Assembly: GCF_035084215.1 (NCBI RefSeq)
Contig: NC_090334.1
Span: 44,888,001 to 44,952,000, forward strand
Direction of reading: 5' to 3'
DNA length: 64,000 nt
Source: Heptranchias perlo
Lineage: Eukaryota
Shown here: positions 23,011 through 35,410 of the stretch, one piece after another
Position numbering within the stretch: position 1 is the stretch's first letter
Layout: each line of letters begins with the position of its first letter
Position numbers and translations under genes: made by a program
Notes under the pieces: generated by a model
Told to the model about the DNA's origin: nothing
Database searches by the model: none
Seen by the model: the letters and a program-made list of their open reading frames with translations, nothing else

Positions 23011-24321
23011 AAGAATGTGACTGACATAAGCTTGAATTTTGAATATTTACTTCATATAAACTGGAAAATTAAATTTTTATACTTTTGTGTTCCAAGCTGT
23101 AATGGATTTACATAGTGAAAATGTTGAATGCAGTTTTCCAAGAAAATTAACTCATCAAGCACTTTTGTTTTTTGTCCTTTTTTGGTGTGAGCCAGAAAAA
23201 TAAGGAGACACCAGGGTCCACTGGCACACCTGGATCGAGCACTCCTTTGACCTCTGGTTCAAGCATGATCCAAGCAGAGGACATAAATTCTTTCTTCCCA
23301 CTTGGTTAAAGGTCAAAAATTATTGTAATTAGCTTTAATCCCCAGTTCATTATCTAAAACTGGCCATAGTTTGATACTTAACATTCCTTTTTTGCTCTTG
23401 AGTAGGAAAACCAAATTAAATGGTGGATGATTATTCTTGAGTTGTTCAGTTTGAAGGGGACTTTTGCATTGGTTCTGTGCTATACTGCAAGTAATCTGGA
23501 CTTTTCTGCTATTGCTTATAAAACTGAAGAATGTTGTATCCTAGCCCTGTTGCCCTAGCATGACTTTGTACATATACTATTTTTGTCTTGTAAATTTGTC
23601 TTGATTCTTTAGCTTTTTAAAAAAAAAATAACCAATTTTGCATGCAAATTACAAAGTAGCTGGTTTTCAATGTCTGGTTCCTTTTATGAAGGTTCAGTGA
23701 ATATTTGAGAAGCCCAATTTATCTGTATACTAATATTTGCATAAAGTGACCAATTGATAGTATTAGTTGATCAAATCTTGATTATAGTTGGCCTTTTTTA
23801 AAAAGGTATTAAGAAATTTTGTTTAAAAGTAAAATGTCCCTTCAGAACAAGGATCTAATTCTAAATAGCATATTTAAAAATGTTAAGTTTGTTCAAGTTA
23901 TCCTATGCTTAAAAGGTATGCTGTCAGGAACAAGAATAAACAAATTTTCTCACCTTAACGGTTTGGTCTACTTTTTGCACCTATGCAGATTTATATCTCC
24001 AGCCTATAATCCCCTGCTCTTGGTTAATCCATTTTTAAAAAATACTTTTTTACTGAGTCTTCATCCTTTTGTAATTTGTGACATTCTGCTCCCTATTATT
24101 TGTGTAGGGAGTAAACTACTTCATAAACCCAAATCATAGTCCACTAAGGAAATATCCTGATTTTTGAAAATCCATTTTACTTGATTGTTTAGTCATTTGA
24201 ACTAAACTTTATTGGATAATTTCAAATTTAACTTATTTCAAATTCTTCTTCCTGTATCTAAGGAGCAGACTGCTTACTATTGGACTACAGTAGCAGTGTG
24301 GGAAGCAAGGGTGCTTCCTTT

Positions 24322-24387
24322 CCCCTCCCCCCCCCCCCCCCTCCCCTCCCCCCCCTCCCCCCCCCCTCCCCTCCCCTCCCCCCCTCC
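24322..24387. repeat. C-rich low-complexity tract
   Basis: About 66 nt of C runs interrupted by single T. Confidence 0.9.
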
Positions 24388-25013
24388 GGTCTGCTTGACT
24401 CCTTTTTATAGTAGTATAGGTCAGAGAAGGGAATAAACCTGTTACTGCCCTGCATTTGTTTTCTTGCTATGGTCTTCAAATTAATCCACCTTTTATATCA
24501 TCTTGCAATTCCTCGTAAGAATTAATCTTTTGGATTTGAATTGGAAGCTAGTAATCCAATTGCATTTTAATTTGAATAGGATGGAATCAACCAAATGGAC
24601 ATTCATTTATGTACAAGAAAATCTAAATCAATGCCATTTGTTACATATGCTATAAATTATTCTCATGAAGTTAATGTATTCAGTGCTTGAAGAGTTAATT
24701 GGGCATGCAGTCGGCATTTGAGCTATTGCAGTAAGTGATTGTTACAAAGCCTATGGCATCCTTCCCATGGAAGCTGTGAATACAATTTCATTTATTAAAT
24801 GGTTTGAAGCTATTTGGAGACTATTAAGAAAAAAATGTTCAAACTGTAATTTAAATGCATCGAATTATGTGCAGAGAATGGTCTCTTATTAACATACTAT
24901 TTTTCTAATGAGCATTCCAAAATGACTGCAATTGAAAAATGCATATGTAGTATGCTAGCTTGTGATAAATTGATGAGGTAGTTTAACAGCATTTGCCCAC
25001 TGCTTTCTGCACA

Positions 25014-25019
25014 AATAAA
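25014..25019 (+). terminator. Candidate distal GMFB polyadenylation signal
   Basis: AATAAA followed by a T-rich/TGT tract. Alternatives exist at 23935, 24432 and further downstream. Confidence 0.35.
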
Positions 25020-25899
25020 ATTCTGTCATTTTTCAAATTGAGTTTTTTGTACCCCAGTTGCATTTTATCTGATCCATGCTAAATCCTCACCATTTGAAAA
25101 CCAAATTCATAATACATCGTGCAAGACAATGACAAGGGCTGTTATATTAAAACTATTGCACCAAAAGTATTAATAAACATGTAGTTTGCAATATTAGCTT
25201 TATGGCCTTTTATAGTACATCAGCATTTCAGTTTAAGATGAGCATTGTTGTGCTTTAATCTTTTTAGCTTTAATGGTTTTAATAAACACTAAAGCTGAGT
25301 TTTTGGGACTACAACTGCACAAAATAAGACATGACTAATCTTTTTTACAGAAATTTTCAGTTTAGTTTAACATTCATTTGGATGATTTTTCACACTATTA
25401 CCAGATACATGGCACTTAGGTGTGTTGAAATACATGATGCTTGCAGTAAGTATCAAGGTGAATTGTAATTGAACTAGATTGTATGTGTTCTAAATATTTT
25501 CAATTTGTTTTCCCTTCTGGGATTTAGAATAAAGATTAGCTTTACCTCATGGGTGGCAAAAAGTGTGGTGGCTCTTGCTATGCTTGTGAACACACTTAAC
25601 ATGCAAAACAAAGTGAGAAATTTTAACAAGGGGTATTTTAATGATTGACATACAACTAGTGTATTACAGTATCTTCAAGAAAAAATAAATTGTGCAATGT
25701 TCACCATGAATTGAGTTCCTATCTCAGTTGACCCAACTAGCCCCCTTCTCACATGGTGGGGGGGGATGAGGAAATCTGATTGAAATAACCCAAGTTATTT
25801 GTGTACAACTGGCTGACCGTTTTGAAGAGTGGTAGTGACCAGTATGGGAGATATGCTAGTTGTGTATAGAAAATTATGAAATACACTACTGCATCATAC

Positions 25900-26416
25900 T
25901 TTGATAAATTTGCTGTATGTGACCCTGAAGTCAGCTTGCTGGGTAGCAAGGATCTAAGGTGTGTCTGGGGGGTGGGAGAGGCAATCTGGAGGTTGGGGGG
26001 GGGGGGGGTGATGGGGGGTTGTAGCTGCTCGCAGTTCAGTGGAGCACTCTGCTTCTCCTGGCTCTGCATTAAGCTGAGTTTTTAAAAAAAAAACTTTTGG
26101 TGGTGGCCTTCAGCGGTCCTTTTAAGCATGTAGACCAGGTAATCCTGAACACAGCAGGCCTGAAGCCTGCTGGGTTCAGGGCAAATCAATTTCCAGTTTG
26201 GGTCCGAAAACAGGTGTCGGGCCTCTTCTTAGCATATTCAAGGGGCCTTGCGTCTGTTTTGGGTGGCCTCCAGGACCCCTCTACAGTACCCAAACCAAAA
26301 TGGCGCTGAATGTATTTCTAATGCCGTTCTTGTGTGGGAGGTTGGCCCTCTAAATTGGATCTCTGCACCAGTTTTCTGCCAGGAAAGCTGCTGCAACGAG
26401 ATCCAATTTCAGCCCC
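25900..26416. mobile_element. Non-autonomous DNA-transposon-like GC-rich relic
   Basis: Ends ccaatttcagcccc, similar to ccaatttctacccc at 56469-56482. Confidence 0.4.
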
Positions 26417-26419
26417 AGT

Positions 26420-26975
26420 TTCTTTAGCCTATCGAATCCATTTATCATTTTAAACACCTCAGTTAGATCACCTTCTAAATTCAAGGGAATACAAGTTTAT
26501 GCAGCGTGTTCTCACAATTTACCCTTTGAAGCCCCAAGATCACTGGTGAATCTGTGCGGTACCCTCTGCAAGTCCAGTATAACTTTCCTGAGGCACTGTG
26601 CTCAAAACTGAACGCAGATGGGGTCTGACAAAGGCTTTCTACAATTGATGCATAACTTCCTCATTTTTGTATTCCAACCCCCTTGAGATGAAGGCCAATA
26701 TTCCATTAGCCTTTGGATTACTTTTTTGTACCTGTGCATTAGCTTTTAGTGATTTTTGTACATAGACACACAAATCCCTTTGCTCCTACACAGCTCCTAG
26801 TCTCTCCCCATTAAGAAAATATTCTGATTAGTCTTTCTCTGATCCCAAGTGAGTGACCTCACATTGAACTCCATCTGCCACTGTTTTGCCCAATCACTTG
26901 GTCTATGTCCCTTTGTCACTCCCTGCTACCATCTACACAACTTACTGTGCCTGCAAACTTGGATATACAAGTCTC
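26420..26975 (-). mobile_element. CR1 LINE fragment
   Basis: Similar to 6500-7020. Confidence 0.75.
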
Positions 26976-27179
26976 ACCTGCTTCTGCCTTTAATGGGCCC
27001 ACATTCCCCTTTACCACATTTTTCATAGAATCATTACAGCACAGAAGGAGGCCATTCTGTGTTGTTAAAATATTTATAAAAAGCTTTTGCTGTTGGCTTT
27101 AATATCCCTAGTAAGTTTTTTTTTCTATTCCATTTTTACAAAGAATTACATACTGTAACATTTTAATTAGCCAAATGTT

Positions 27180-28710
27180 TTTAAGGATGTGTGATCTGTG
27201 CTAGAGAATGGGTACACAAGGGGATTGCAATGAGCCATCCTTACCATAATTAATGGATCATTTAAAAGGAGGATATATATTGTAGGTCCCCTACCAGTCA
27301 CAACCAAGTTACAGAACAAGTATATCTTGATGATGGTGGGCTACACACATATCACATGTCTAGGTATCCAGATGCCATTGGGCTCAAGTCAACATAAGCA
27401 GATGTTGTAGCTAGTGTGCTTTTGTAAATCTTTTGTGTGTTGGTTTTCCAGAGGAAATTCTGTCTGATCAAGGCATTTTTGGTCCCAGTTAATCTCACAA
27501 TTATGGGAGCAGTGCCTCATAAATGGGCTGTAGAGAGGTTTAATGGCATGCTGAAGCAAATGTTGCAGGCATAAGTTGAGCATGATGGGAACAAAAAGTT
27601 GGCATATGTTTTTGTTTGTCTACAAGGAACAGATGGGGTTCTTGCTCTTTGAGTTACTGCACAGGCATTAAGTTTGTGGCTCTTTAATACTGATCAAAAA
27701 GGCACATTGGGTAAATCCATTGATGAATATAATGGAGCACATGCTCGAGAGAGGACTTGAGCACTCTAGCAGAATCAGTCGTGGAGGCAGGATTTTTTTG
27801 GGGGGGAGGTGCAGGATGGTGTTTGGATATGAGTTTGCCAGATCAAACAATACTACTTCAAAAGGTCTATTTTTCATATAGGAATTTCACTAAGGTTCAA
27901 ATAGAAACATTACTTCTATTAATCTCACAATTCAAATAAAGCAAATGAAAAGATAAAACTGTCTTGTCGGCCAAAAACTCTAAAGCACGTTTATAAGCGC
28001 AAGCCCAACTAATTGGTTTTCACTGGTCGAAGGGTGGAACTGTCTAGTTCTGGAAGAACATCCGTTGTTTCTGTATTCTATCAAATGTTGTGTAGCTCAT
28101 TCTTTTGAAAGGAGTGGACCAATTTTTTTTAACATCAGAGATTTCGGAGGGGTGTTTGAACACCCTGAACATCCTGCCGCAACACCTCCCCCACCCCCAC
28201 CCAACACCTTCTGCGCCCATGAGCAGAATGCACTTGAGGAATCTGGAATGTTTGTGAACCCGCTAGAAATGCTGGTATAACTGCGGTGCCTAGACCCAAG
28301 AATGCTGAGTCGGTCAGAGTGTGTTAGTTTTACTGCTAGTGAGGTAAAACATGTTCCAGGTTCACTGGGAAGGTCCGTATACTGTGATGGAGAAATGGAG
28401 CAATGTAAATTATGTTGTCGCGATACCATGACAGCGGTGTATACATCGGGTGAACCACATGAATGTTACCTCAATAACAATCAGTTATATCATAGTCTTC
28501 CCCTTCCTTTGTCCACCCAAAGAAAGGGGAAGATGATATAACTGATTTGGTACCTAAGAGCAAAGGTTGAAGATTGATATAGCTTCCCAGTTACGACCTG
28601 AACAGAGACAGCAAGCTTAAGAGTTGTTATGGAGTTTTCAGCCTCCGTTCTCAGGCAAAGTAGTTATGCATGGCGAGTTGTGCACAGAATAGAAACGACT
28701 AGCACCAGAA
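27180..28710 (+). mobile_element. Decayed Ty3/Gypsy pol relic (integrase, then RT-leader segment), interrupted at about 27830-28270
   Basis: IVGPLP...NKYILMMVGY, SRYPDAI, VGFPEEILSDQG, ERFNGMLKQML, GFLLFELLHR; later SQLRPEQRQQ...VVHRIET. Confidence 0.75.
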
Positions 28711-28784
28711 AATGACCATGAAAGCTGCCATATTGTTATAAAAACCCATGTGGTTTACTAATATCCTACCCAGTCTGGCCTATA

Positions 28785-29943
28785 CAAGGTACCGCATGGT
28801 AGGTTGTTACATAAGGTTAAATCTCACGGGATCCAAGGTGAGGTAGCCAATTGGATACAAAATTGGCTTGACGACAGAAGACAGAGGGTGGTTGTAGAGG
28901 GTTGTTTTTCAAACTGGAGGCCTGTGTCCAGCGGTGTGCCTCAGGGATCGGTGCTGGGTCCGCTGTTATTTGTTATTTATATTAATGATTTGGATGAGAA
29001 TTTAGGAGGAATGGTTAGTAAGTTTGCAGATGACACCAAGATTGGTGGCATTGTGGACAGTGAAGAAGGTTATCTAGAATTGCAACGGGATCTTGATAAA
29101 TTGGGCCAATGGGCCGATGAATGGCAGATGGAGTTTAATTTAGATAAATGTGAGGTGATGCATTTTGGTAGATCGAATCAGACCAGGACCTACTCCGTTA
29201 ATGGTAGGGCGTTGGGAAGAGTTATAGAACAAAGAGATCTAGGAGTACAGGTTCATAGCTCCTTGAAAGTGGAGTCACAGGTGGATAGGGTGGTGAAGAA
29301 GGCATTCGGCATGCTTGGTTTCATTGGTCATAACATTGAATACAGGAGTTGGGATGTCTTGTTGAAGTGTACAAGACATTAGTAAGGCCACACTTGGAAT
29401 ACTGTGTACAGTTCTGGTCACCCTATTATAGAAAGGATATTATTAAACTAGAAAGAGTGCAGAAAAGATTTACTAGGATGCTACCGGGACTTGATGGTTT
29501 GACTTATAGGGAGAGGTTAGATAGACTGGGTCTTTTTTCCCTGGAGAGTAGGAGGTTTAGGGGTGACCTTATAGAAGTCTATAAAATAATGAGGGGCATA
29601 GATAAGGTAGATAGTCAAAATCTTTTCCCAAAGGTAGGGGAGTCTATAACGAGGGGACATAGATTTAAGGTGAGAGGGGAGAGATACAAAAGGGTCCAGA
29701 GGGGCAATTTTTTCACTCAAAGGGTGGTGAGTGTCTGGAACGAGCTGCCAGATGCAGTAGTAGAGGCGGGTACAATTTTGTCTTTTAAAAAGCATTTGGA
29801 CAGTTACATGGGTAAGATGGGTATAGAGGGATATGGGCCAAGTGCAGGCAATTGGGACTAGCTTAGTGGTATAAACTGGGTGACATGGACATGTTGGGCC
29901 GAAGGGCCTGTTTCCATGTTGTAAACTTCTATGATTCTATGAC
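28785..29943 (+). mobile_element. 5'-truncated CR1 LINE with tail
   Basis: ORFs 28804..29382 and 29349..29861 (GVPQGSVLGP, FADDTK, VRPHLEY); ttctatgattctatga tail. Confidence 0.93.
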
Positions 29944-30084
29944 TCCAGCTCCACGTTATGTGGCTGACTCTTAATGCCCTCGGCAATTAAGGGTGGGCAA
30001 CAGATGCTGCCAGTGTTACCCACATCCCAAGAACAAATAATTAAAAAGATTGGGTAGCACAATGCCCAGTCCCATACTGTGTGC

Positions 30085-30728
30085 AGGAACACATAGAGCG
30101 AGCATTGGTAAGGGAGCTGCAAGTGGTAGACATCTTGATGGGGATAAAGGTACATGTCATTGTGGCCTCCTGGTGCTTGTTCAATGGTCTCGAGGGGTTA
30201 GAAAGAAATTTCCTAAATTGGCCTAAGGTTTTTTATCAGGTGTTTTGCATCTCTCAGGAGCTTGCATGGATGGAGGTAGGGGAGTGGATAGGGTGGGCTT
30301 ATTGGTGTGAGCAGGTTGGAACACATGGAATGGGACAGGCTTTGTGGGCCAGGTAGTCTTTTCCTGTCCCTTGTATGTTCATAGAAATTTATGGCACAGA
30401 GGGAGGCCAGGCCTGTGCCGGCCAAAAAAGAGCTATCCAACCTAATCCCACTTTCCAACTCTTGGTCCGCAGCCTTGTAGGTTACGGCACTTCACGTGCA
30501 CATCCAAGCACCTTTTAAATGCAATGAGGGTTTCTGCCTGCACCACCCTTTCAGGCAGTGAGTTCCAGACCCCCACCACCCTCTGGGTGAATTTTTTTTT
30601 CCTCAGCTCCCCTCTAATCTTTCTACCAATTATTTTAAATCTATGCCCCCTAATTATTGACTCCTCTGCTAAGGGAAATAGGTCCTTCCTATCCACTCTA
30701 TCTAGGCCCCTAATAATTTTATACACAA
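30085..30728. mobile_element. Two tail-to-tail CR1 3' fragments (+ to about 30380, then -)
   Basis: Minus piece encodes YKIIRGLDRVD...FTQRVVGVWNSLP. Confidence 0.75.
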
Positions 30729-31419
30729 ACATGTTATGTTTGTAGGTGTAGAGGTTAGAGTTAGGGGTTATTCACCCTTCATGGAGGCTCTCAGCTTCAC
30801 TTATGGTGCTCATTCCAAAGAAAGATAAAATGAACCAGTTTTGGTTTGTTGCCATGAGGCTGCTATGCTGTTACTCTAGTAGAGAGCTGGCACAGATACA
30901 ATAGGCCAAATGGCCTATTTCTGTGCTGTGAACTTCTACGGTTCCATATTGAAATCTTCAAGTACATTGCTTTACAGTGTTAGAAGGGTTTCTGGAAAAT
31001 GACATGATGATGTATATAGTTGGTAACAGTAAATAATTTCTGGTCATGAAGATTGGTCACTTGGCTGAATTACTGAAGGGTTGTTGGCATTTTGGAACTG
31101 TACTAAAGCAGCAGGTGGCACCTTCAGGAAGGGAGATAAAAAAACAATATTTCATGAGGCGACTGCTGTTATTCTACAACCCAACTGTGATTTTTTAAAA
31201 ATTAAACTTTTATAAGGTTTTGACATCTTTTTCTCAATTTCTCTTTTTTGTTGTGGACCTTTCCCTGACCTCTACCAGTTGCTACGGGTAACTAACTTTA
31301 AACCTACCTTCGTTAAATAAATAAAAGGACCACTCGGGGCCTTTTTATTTACTGCAATTAATTTTTGTCTCGTTATATGGGAAGGAACAAAGTGACAGTA
31401 CCTTGCTACTTTGCTGGTT

Positions 31420-31860
31420 ATTAGGAGCCTATCACGACATCGTCTGAACCCCCACCGACCACCACGACGAGCTTGGGAGAAAGGACTGGTGCGTAACGAC
31501 GTGCTGACGTTGGCTGGTTCAATGACTGTGCCCGGCCGCTGCGCTGCTTGTCTGCCCTGATCCAAGATGGCGTTTACATTTGCGGCCTTTTGTTACATGT
31601 TGGCGCTGCTCCTCACCGCCGCCCTCATATTTTTTGCCATTTGGCATGTGAGTATCAGATTATTCCGCTTTTATATCTGCGCCGTTGTTATGGACCGTTC
31701 TTTTGAAAACGTGATTTCTTTTGGATAAATGTGGGAGGAGAGAAGCTGCTCTCGGTTGATTTGCCGGTTGGCTCGGCGGTTTGTGACTGCCGTCAGGCCC
31801 GAGGTGGGGAGGAGGGGGTTGCCCCACAGACTCTCAAGCTAAGACACCGATTTTCCACCT
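31420..31860 (+). promoter_or_regulatory. CNIH1 CpG-rich promoter
   Basis: CpG enrichment; CRE/ATF-like TGACGT at 31505-31510; YY1-like CAAGATGGCG overlapping the ATG. Confidence 0.6.
31567..31647 (+). CDS. CNIH1: Cornichon homolog 1, exon 1
   Basis: aagATGG start; [27 protein letters not shown]|gtgagt. Confidence 0.97.
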
Positions 31861-32299
31861 TCTCAGTAAATTATTTCGGAAATATTTTCTTATTCAGACC
31901 TTGTTACTTAAAACGACCTTAGGTTGAGGTGCGATCACTCTCCTTGAATGGAGCTGAGAACACATAGAATTGAATGAATCGATCAGTTTGGGATTATTGT
32001 TGCCACAGTCTGTGCAAATTGGCTTCAACATCCCGATTAATTCAGTACCGTATGGTCAGCTTTTCCAAATGGAAGGCTAGTTATTACAGCTTTTTGGATG
32101 CGTGCAACGGGGATGCAATTTAATATTTTTGTATTTAAAAGCTTTATTAAGAAGAGCGGTGCACGGTATATATTTAAATCAGATTCACCTTTATTTGGTT
32201 AAATATTCTAATCAACCAACGGTTTGTGAAATTGCAAATATTCAGGATAAGACATTAGCGAAGACGTAATTATGCTGTACCGTTAATATTCTTTTCCAG

Positions 32300-32368
32300 A
32301 TTATAGCATTTGATGAATTGAAGACGGACTACAAGAATCCTATAGACCAATGTAATACACTCAATCCT
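32300..32368 (+). CDS. CNIH1: CNIH1 exon 2
   Basis: ttccag| IIAFDELKTDYKNPIDQCNTLNP |gtaagt. Confidence 0.97.
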
Positions 32369-33289
32369 GTAAGTTATTGCGGGGTGATTTTGATTATTTA
32401 TGAACAGTTTGTTTTGCTTTTTATCTAAACGTTCCGTTTTCTCTGCCTGGAGAACAGTTTTTCTTTGAGTCTATTGTTTCACGCTTGCTTCATTTTTGTA
32501 TTCTGACTGTTGTTAATCTACAGTGATCTTGTCAGCTGTCGTACTAACATTCTTTCAATCTGCTTTTGTCATTTTTTTCGGCACAAAGACAGTTGTAAAG
32601 GTCAAAAAGATTAAAAGAGTCAAAATGGCATTTAAGGTTTGTACTAATTTCTAGTTAAAATGCCTTTCATTTTAAAACTTTTTCTTGGGGTCATATGTGA
32701 ACGTCTTTCAGGTCATAATTGACAATCTGTAGCAGTAAAATCAAGAATAATTCATTCACTTTTATTTGAAAAAAAATTGCTGTTTTATTACTGTAATGAA
32801 ATAAATGCCTGTAGTACAGGGGGTAGTACAATAAAAGTTTAACACGTATGCCATTTCTATGGGCTGATTGTATATGAGTGAATAATTTGGAACTATATAA
32901 TCTGAATAAAATTTGAAATTGATAAATGCAGTTTATATTAAGTACAGAATTGTTGTAAATTTTAACAGTAAAACAAATTCAGTAGAATTACTAAAGATGC
33001 ACAAAATCAAATGTTGAGGTCACTTAACTGAAAGACTATTGTAAATGACCCAGCCCAGCATCATCAAACATAACCCATTTTTGTGCATACAGTGGAACAT
33101 TTAGTTATTGTTGCTGATAAATATTCATTTTAATATTGAGACTCTGGTGGACAGTCTTTCAAGAAATGAAAAGATATTTTCAGAAAGCACATAAATTATT
33201 TATGAAAATATCAGTCTTTTAATTTTTAATTTATTGGCTGAAACTCTTTTGTTCACAAGATTAAAGATAATTATGGGTGCCAGAGTCCA

Positions 33290-34030
33290 ATTAACCAATC
33301 TTCTTTCATCCATGCAGAAAGACTTTCAAGTCCCCCACCTCCCCATCTCTATCTGGAGGTTCATTCCATCTGTTCCATGCCTTTTACTAGTTTGAGCCCA
33401 TGACCCCTCACCCTACTTTTGCAGTTCAGTTTGAAATAATTTTTCAGATTAACTTTCTCCATACTGTTTAATATCTTACATACCTCTAGAAGATTACTCC
33501 TGCATCACCTTTCTTCATAATTCACCCCTCTAACATTAGAGATCAGCTTCTTAGCTCTCCTGCATACTGCCTCTAGTGCCTGAACCTTATGTCTTTGTGT
33601 CCAGAACTGGAAACAGTACTCAAGGTGTGGTGTAATCAGAGCACTATAGAGTTAAAGCATGACTTCCTCTGACTTGTACTCTTATTGTTCTAGAAATATA
33701 ATTCAGCATTCTATTAGCTTTGTTGATTGCTGCTCTGCTTCGGTTGGACATACTGACTGTTGAGTCTACTGAGACACCTTGGTCTCTATCAACCTCATCC
33801 TTTCCTATTTCATCATCATCCATGGAGTGTGTGTGTCACCCATTTTTCCTTCCTATGTGCAGTACCTTACACTTGTCTGCATTAAATTTCATCTGCCATT
33901 GTTCTGCCCAGTTAGATATTTTGTCCAATACATTTTGTAATTTCTGAACCCCCTCATCCAAATCCACTGCCCTCTTAATTTGGTATCATAATCAAATTTG
34001 ACCAATTTGCATTGAGTTTCTGAATCCAAG
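33290..34030 (-). mobile_element. Old CR1 fragment in CNIH1 intron 2
   Basis: Reverse WQMKFNADKC and PHLEYCFQFW remnants. Confidence 0.7.
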
Positions 34031-34689
34031 TCATTGATGTAGATTAGAAATTGCATTTTTCAATAGAATACTTTTCAAAATTTAATTTTAAATTTGTCTC
34101 GATATAAGAATTAGTATCATGAGATTTTACATTGACAGGAGCAATCGGATGTTAGACTAAGTGGAGGAAAAATTAGAATTTCAGTGGCTTATGTATCACC
34201 AAATGTGAACACATGACTATCTACTTTGCTCAAACCACTTCACTGTGGACCATTTGCTAATGGAACGAATAGCTGCTCTGTTGTACATAGCTGCATGTCT
34301 TCGAGCAGAATCTTATTGCTGTAAATATGTATCAAACATTTTTTAAAGCACTTTAATTTAAGATATGTATCAAGTGCAGCTATTTAACATTTCAGGATTG
34401 CATATTTGTATAATTATTTTTGGTGTACCTTCTAGCAGTTTTAAAAAAAACTTTAAATTTTCCACCACCTATTTGCTTTAATCAAAGTTAAACCTCAACC
34501 TGCATTTATGCTGCTCATCCAACCAAGAAGGTATTCAGTTCAACTTGTGGCGATCATTATAGGTACAGACTACCCTCAAGGAATTGTGCTTGAATAATTG
34601 GGGAGGGATCTTTTGATGATGAGCTTTCTCCCAGAAGAAGCTCGGGTGCTAGGATCACCTACGACTAGTTTAAGTTGGGCCTTTCTAAT

Positions 34690-35410
34690 TAGAATCCAGT
34701 AGTGTTTGTAATTGCTGTGCTGTTCTTGAGTTCAAATTCCACCGTTGCAGTTTGAGAACTTTATATTCAGTTTGAAATAAATTTGCGAATAAAAAGCTGT
34801 AATCAGTAAAAGTGACCATGAAGCTGTCAGAATGTCGTATTAAACCCAACTACATCTACAAGATGCACTGCACCAACTCGCCAAGGCTTCTTCGACAGCA
34901 CCTCCCAAACCCACGACCTCTACCACCTAGAAGGACAAGGACAAGGGCAGCAGGCGCATTGGAACACCACCACCTGCATGTTCCCCTCCAAGTCACACAC
35001 CATCCCGACTTGGAAATATATTGCCGTTCCTTTGTCGTCGTTGGGTCAAAATCCTGGCACTCCCTACCTAACAGCACTGTGGGAGTACCTTCACCACATG
35101 GACTGCAGGCAGGCGGCTCACCACCACCTCCTTAAGGGCAATTAGGGATGGGCAATAAATGCTGGCCTTGCCAGCGACGTCCACATCCCATGAATGAATT
35201 AAAAAAAAACACAACTGGTTCACTGTTTTCTTTGCCCAGTCTGACCTATATGTGACTCCGGTCCCACACCAACATGGTTGACTCTTAACTGTCCTCTGAA
35301 GTGGCCTAAGCAAGCGACTCGGTTGTACCAAACTGCTACATCAGGGCATCTAGGGCTGGGCAATAAATTCTGCCTTTGCGAGCGGCACCCACATCCTGAA
35401 TGTGAATTTA
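34690..35410 (+). mobile_element. SINE interrupted by a HER1-like LINE 3' end (34850-35205)
   Basis: MHCTNSPRLLRQHLPNPRPLPPRRTR matches the element at 13695-15270; SINE-like sequence flanks it. Confidence 0.7.
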
